A DNA stretch of 56,666 nucleotides from Deltaproteobacteria bacterium (GTDB lineage: Bacteria > Bdellovibrionota_C > UBA2361 > SZUA-149 > JAITKM01). Shown here in pieces: positions 56,531-56,666 of this stretch. Position numbers and translations under genes: made by a program. Below the pieces are notes generated by a model that ran no database searches, had not been told where the DNA came from, and saw only the letters and a program-made list of their open reading frames with translations. Each line of letters starts with the position of its first letter. Positions within the stretch are counted from its first letter, which is position 1. The stretch covers positions 1-56,666 of the forward strand of contig JAITKM010000013.1 of assembly GCA_031278395.1 (NCBI GenBank), written 5' to 3'.

Positions 56531-56666
56531 TAAACAACAACTTGTATAAAATAAACGACCGTATAAATCCGCCGGCGGCGCGATGATTTTTAATCCCACG
56601 CTGGGTCGAGAAATACCGGCGGGGTGGGAAACCTTGAAATTAGAAAAGCGGTTCAATTTTGATAGA

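Larger units (their letters stand above)
53556..56666. other. Compositionally distinct (~50% GC by eye) terminal segment: candidate horizontally acquired islet or assembly chimera
   Basis: Abrupt shift in base composition and codon usage relative to the preceding 53.5 kb. It carries a MATE transporter, a small hypothetical ORF and a serine recombinase, and runs to the window edge. Confidence 0.6.

Overview
This 56.7-kb window comes from a low-GC (about one-third GC by eye), diderm-type bacterium. It is densely packed with housekeeping genes on both strands. Identified genes include valS, recN, a CusC/CzcC-like outer-membrane factor paired with a CusA/CzcA-family RND pump, rmlB, an ECF sigma factor, engB, an M23 peptidase, dnaB, a purC-like SAICAR synthetase, a TolC-family outer-membrane protein paired with an SPFH/flotillin protein, and two SAM-methyltransferases with GT8 and GT2 glycosyltransferases. 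Also present are a membrane-anchored MurF-like ligase, an orphan RND adaptor, pgpA, a TrmD-SPOUT fusion, pepP, the rimP-nusA-ylxR-infB-rbfA-nrnA-ogt operon, a Sel1-repeat protein and an outer-membrane beta-barrel protein. No rRNA, tRNA or CRISPR was found by eye.

The most striking non-genic signal is a dispersed, intergenic, MITE-like palindromic repeat family. It has at least 6 structured copies of about 130-210 bp, plus many solo termini. Its termini read TTTCTGGTAYRGGGTTACTTT ... AAAGTAACCCYRTACCAG. Each terminus is followed by a copy-specific 2-3x tandem duplication of a short CCA-initiated unit.

These elements sit next to two compositional anomalies. The first is a GC-elevated islet carrying a cupin gene. 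The second is an abrupt switch at about nt 53556 to a roughly 50% GC, 3.1-kb terminal segment that encodes a MATE efflux transporter and a small serine recombinase with res-like repeats.

Other noteworthy items are a perfect 28-bp inverted repeat in the divergent promoter region between two methyltransferase genes, an HTH-Fic protein with a perfect 14-bp palindrome at its 5' end, a degenerate 28-bp tandem array next to a C9 tract at the window start, and several unusual gene architectures and orphan components.
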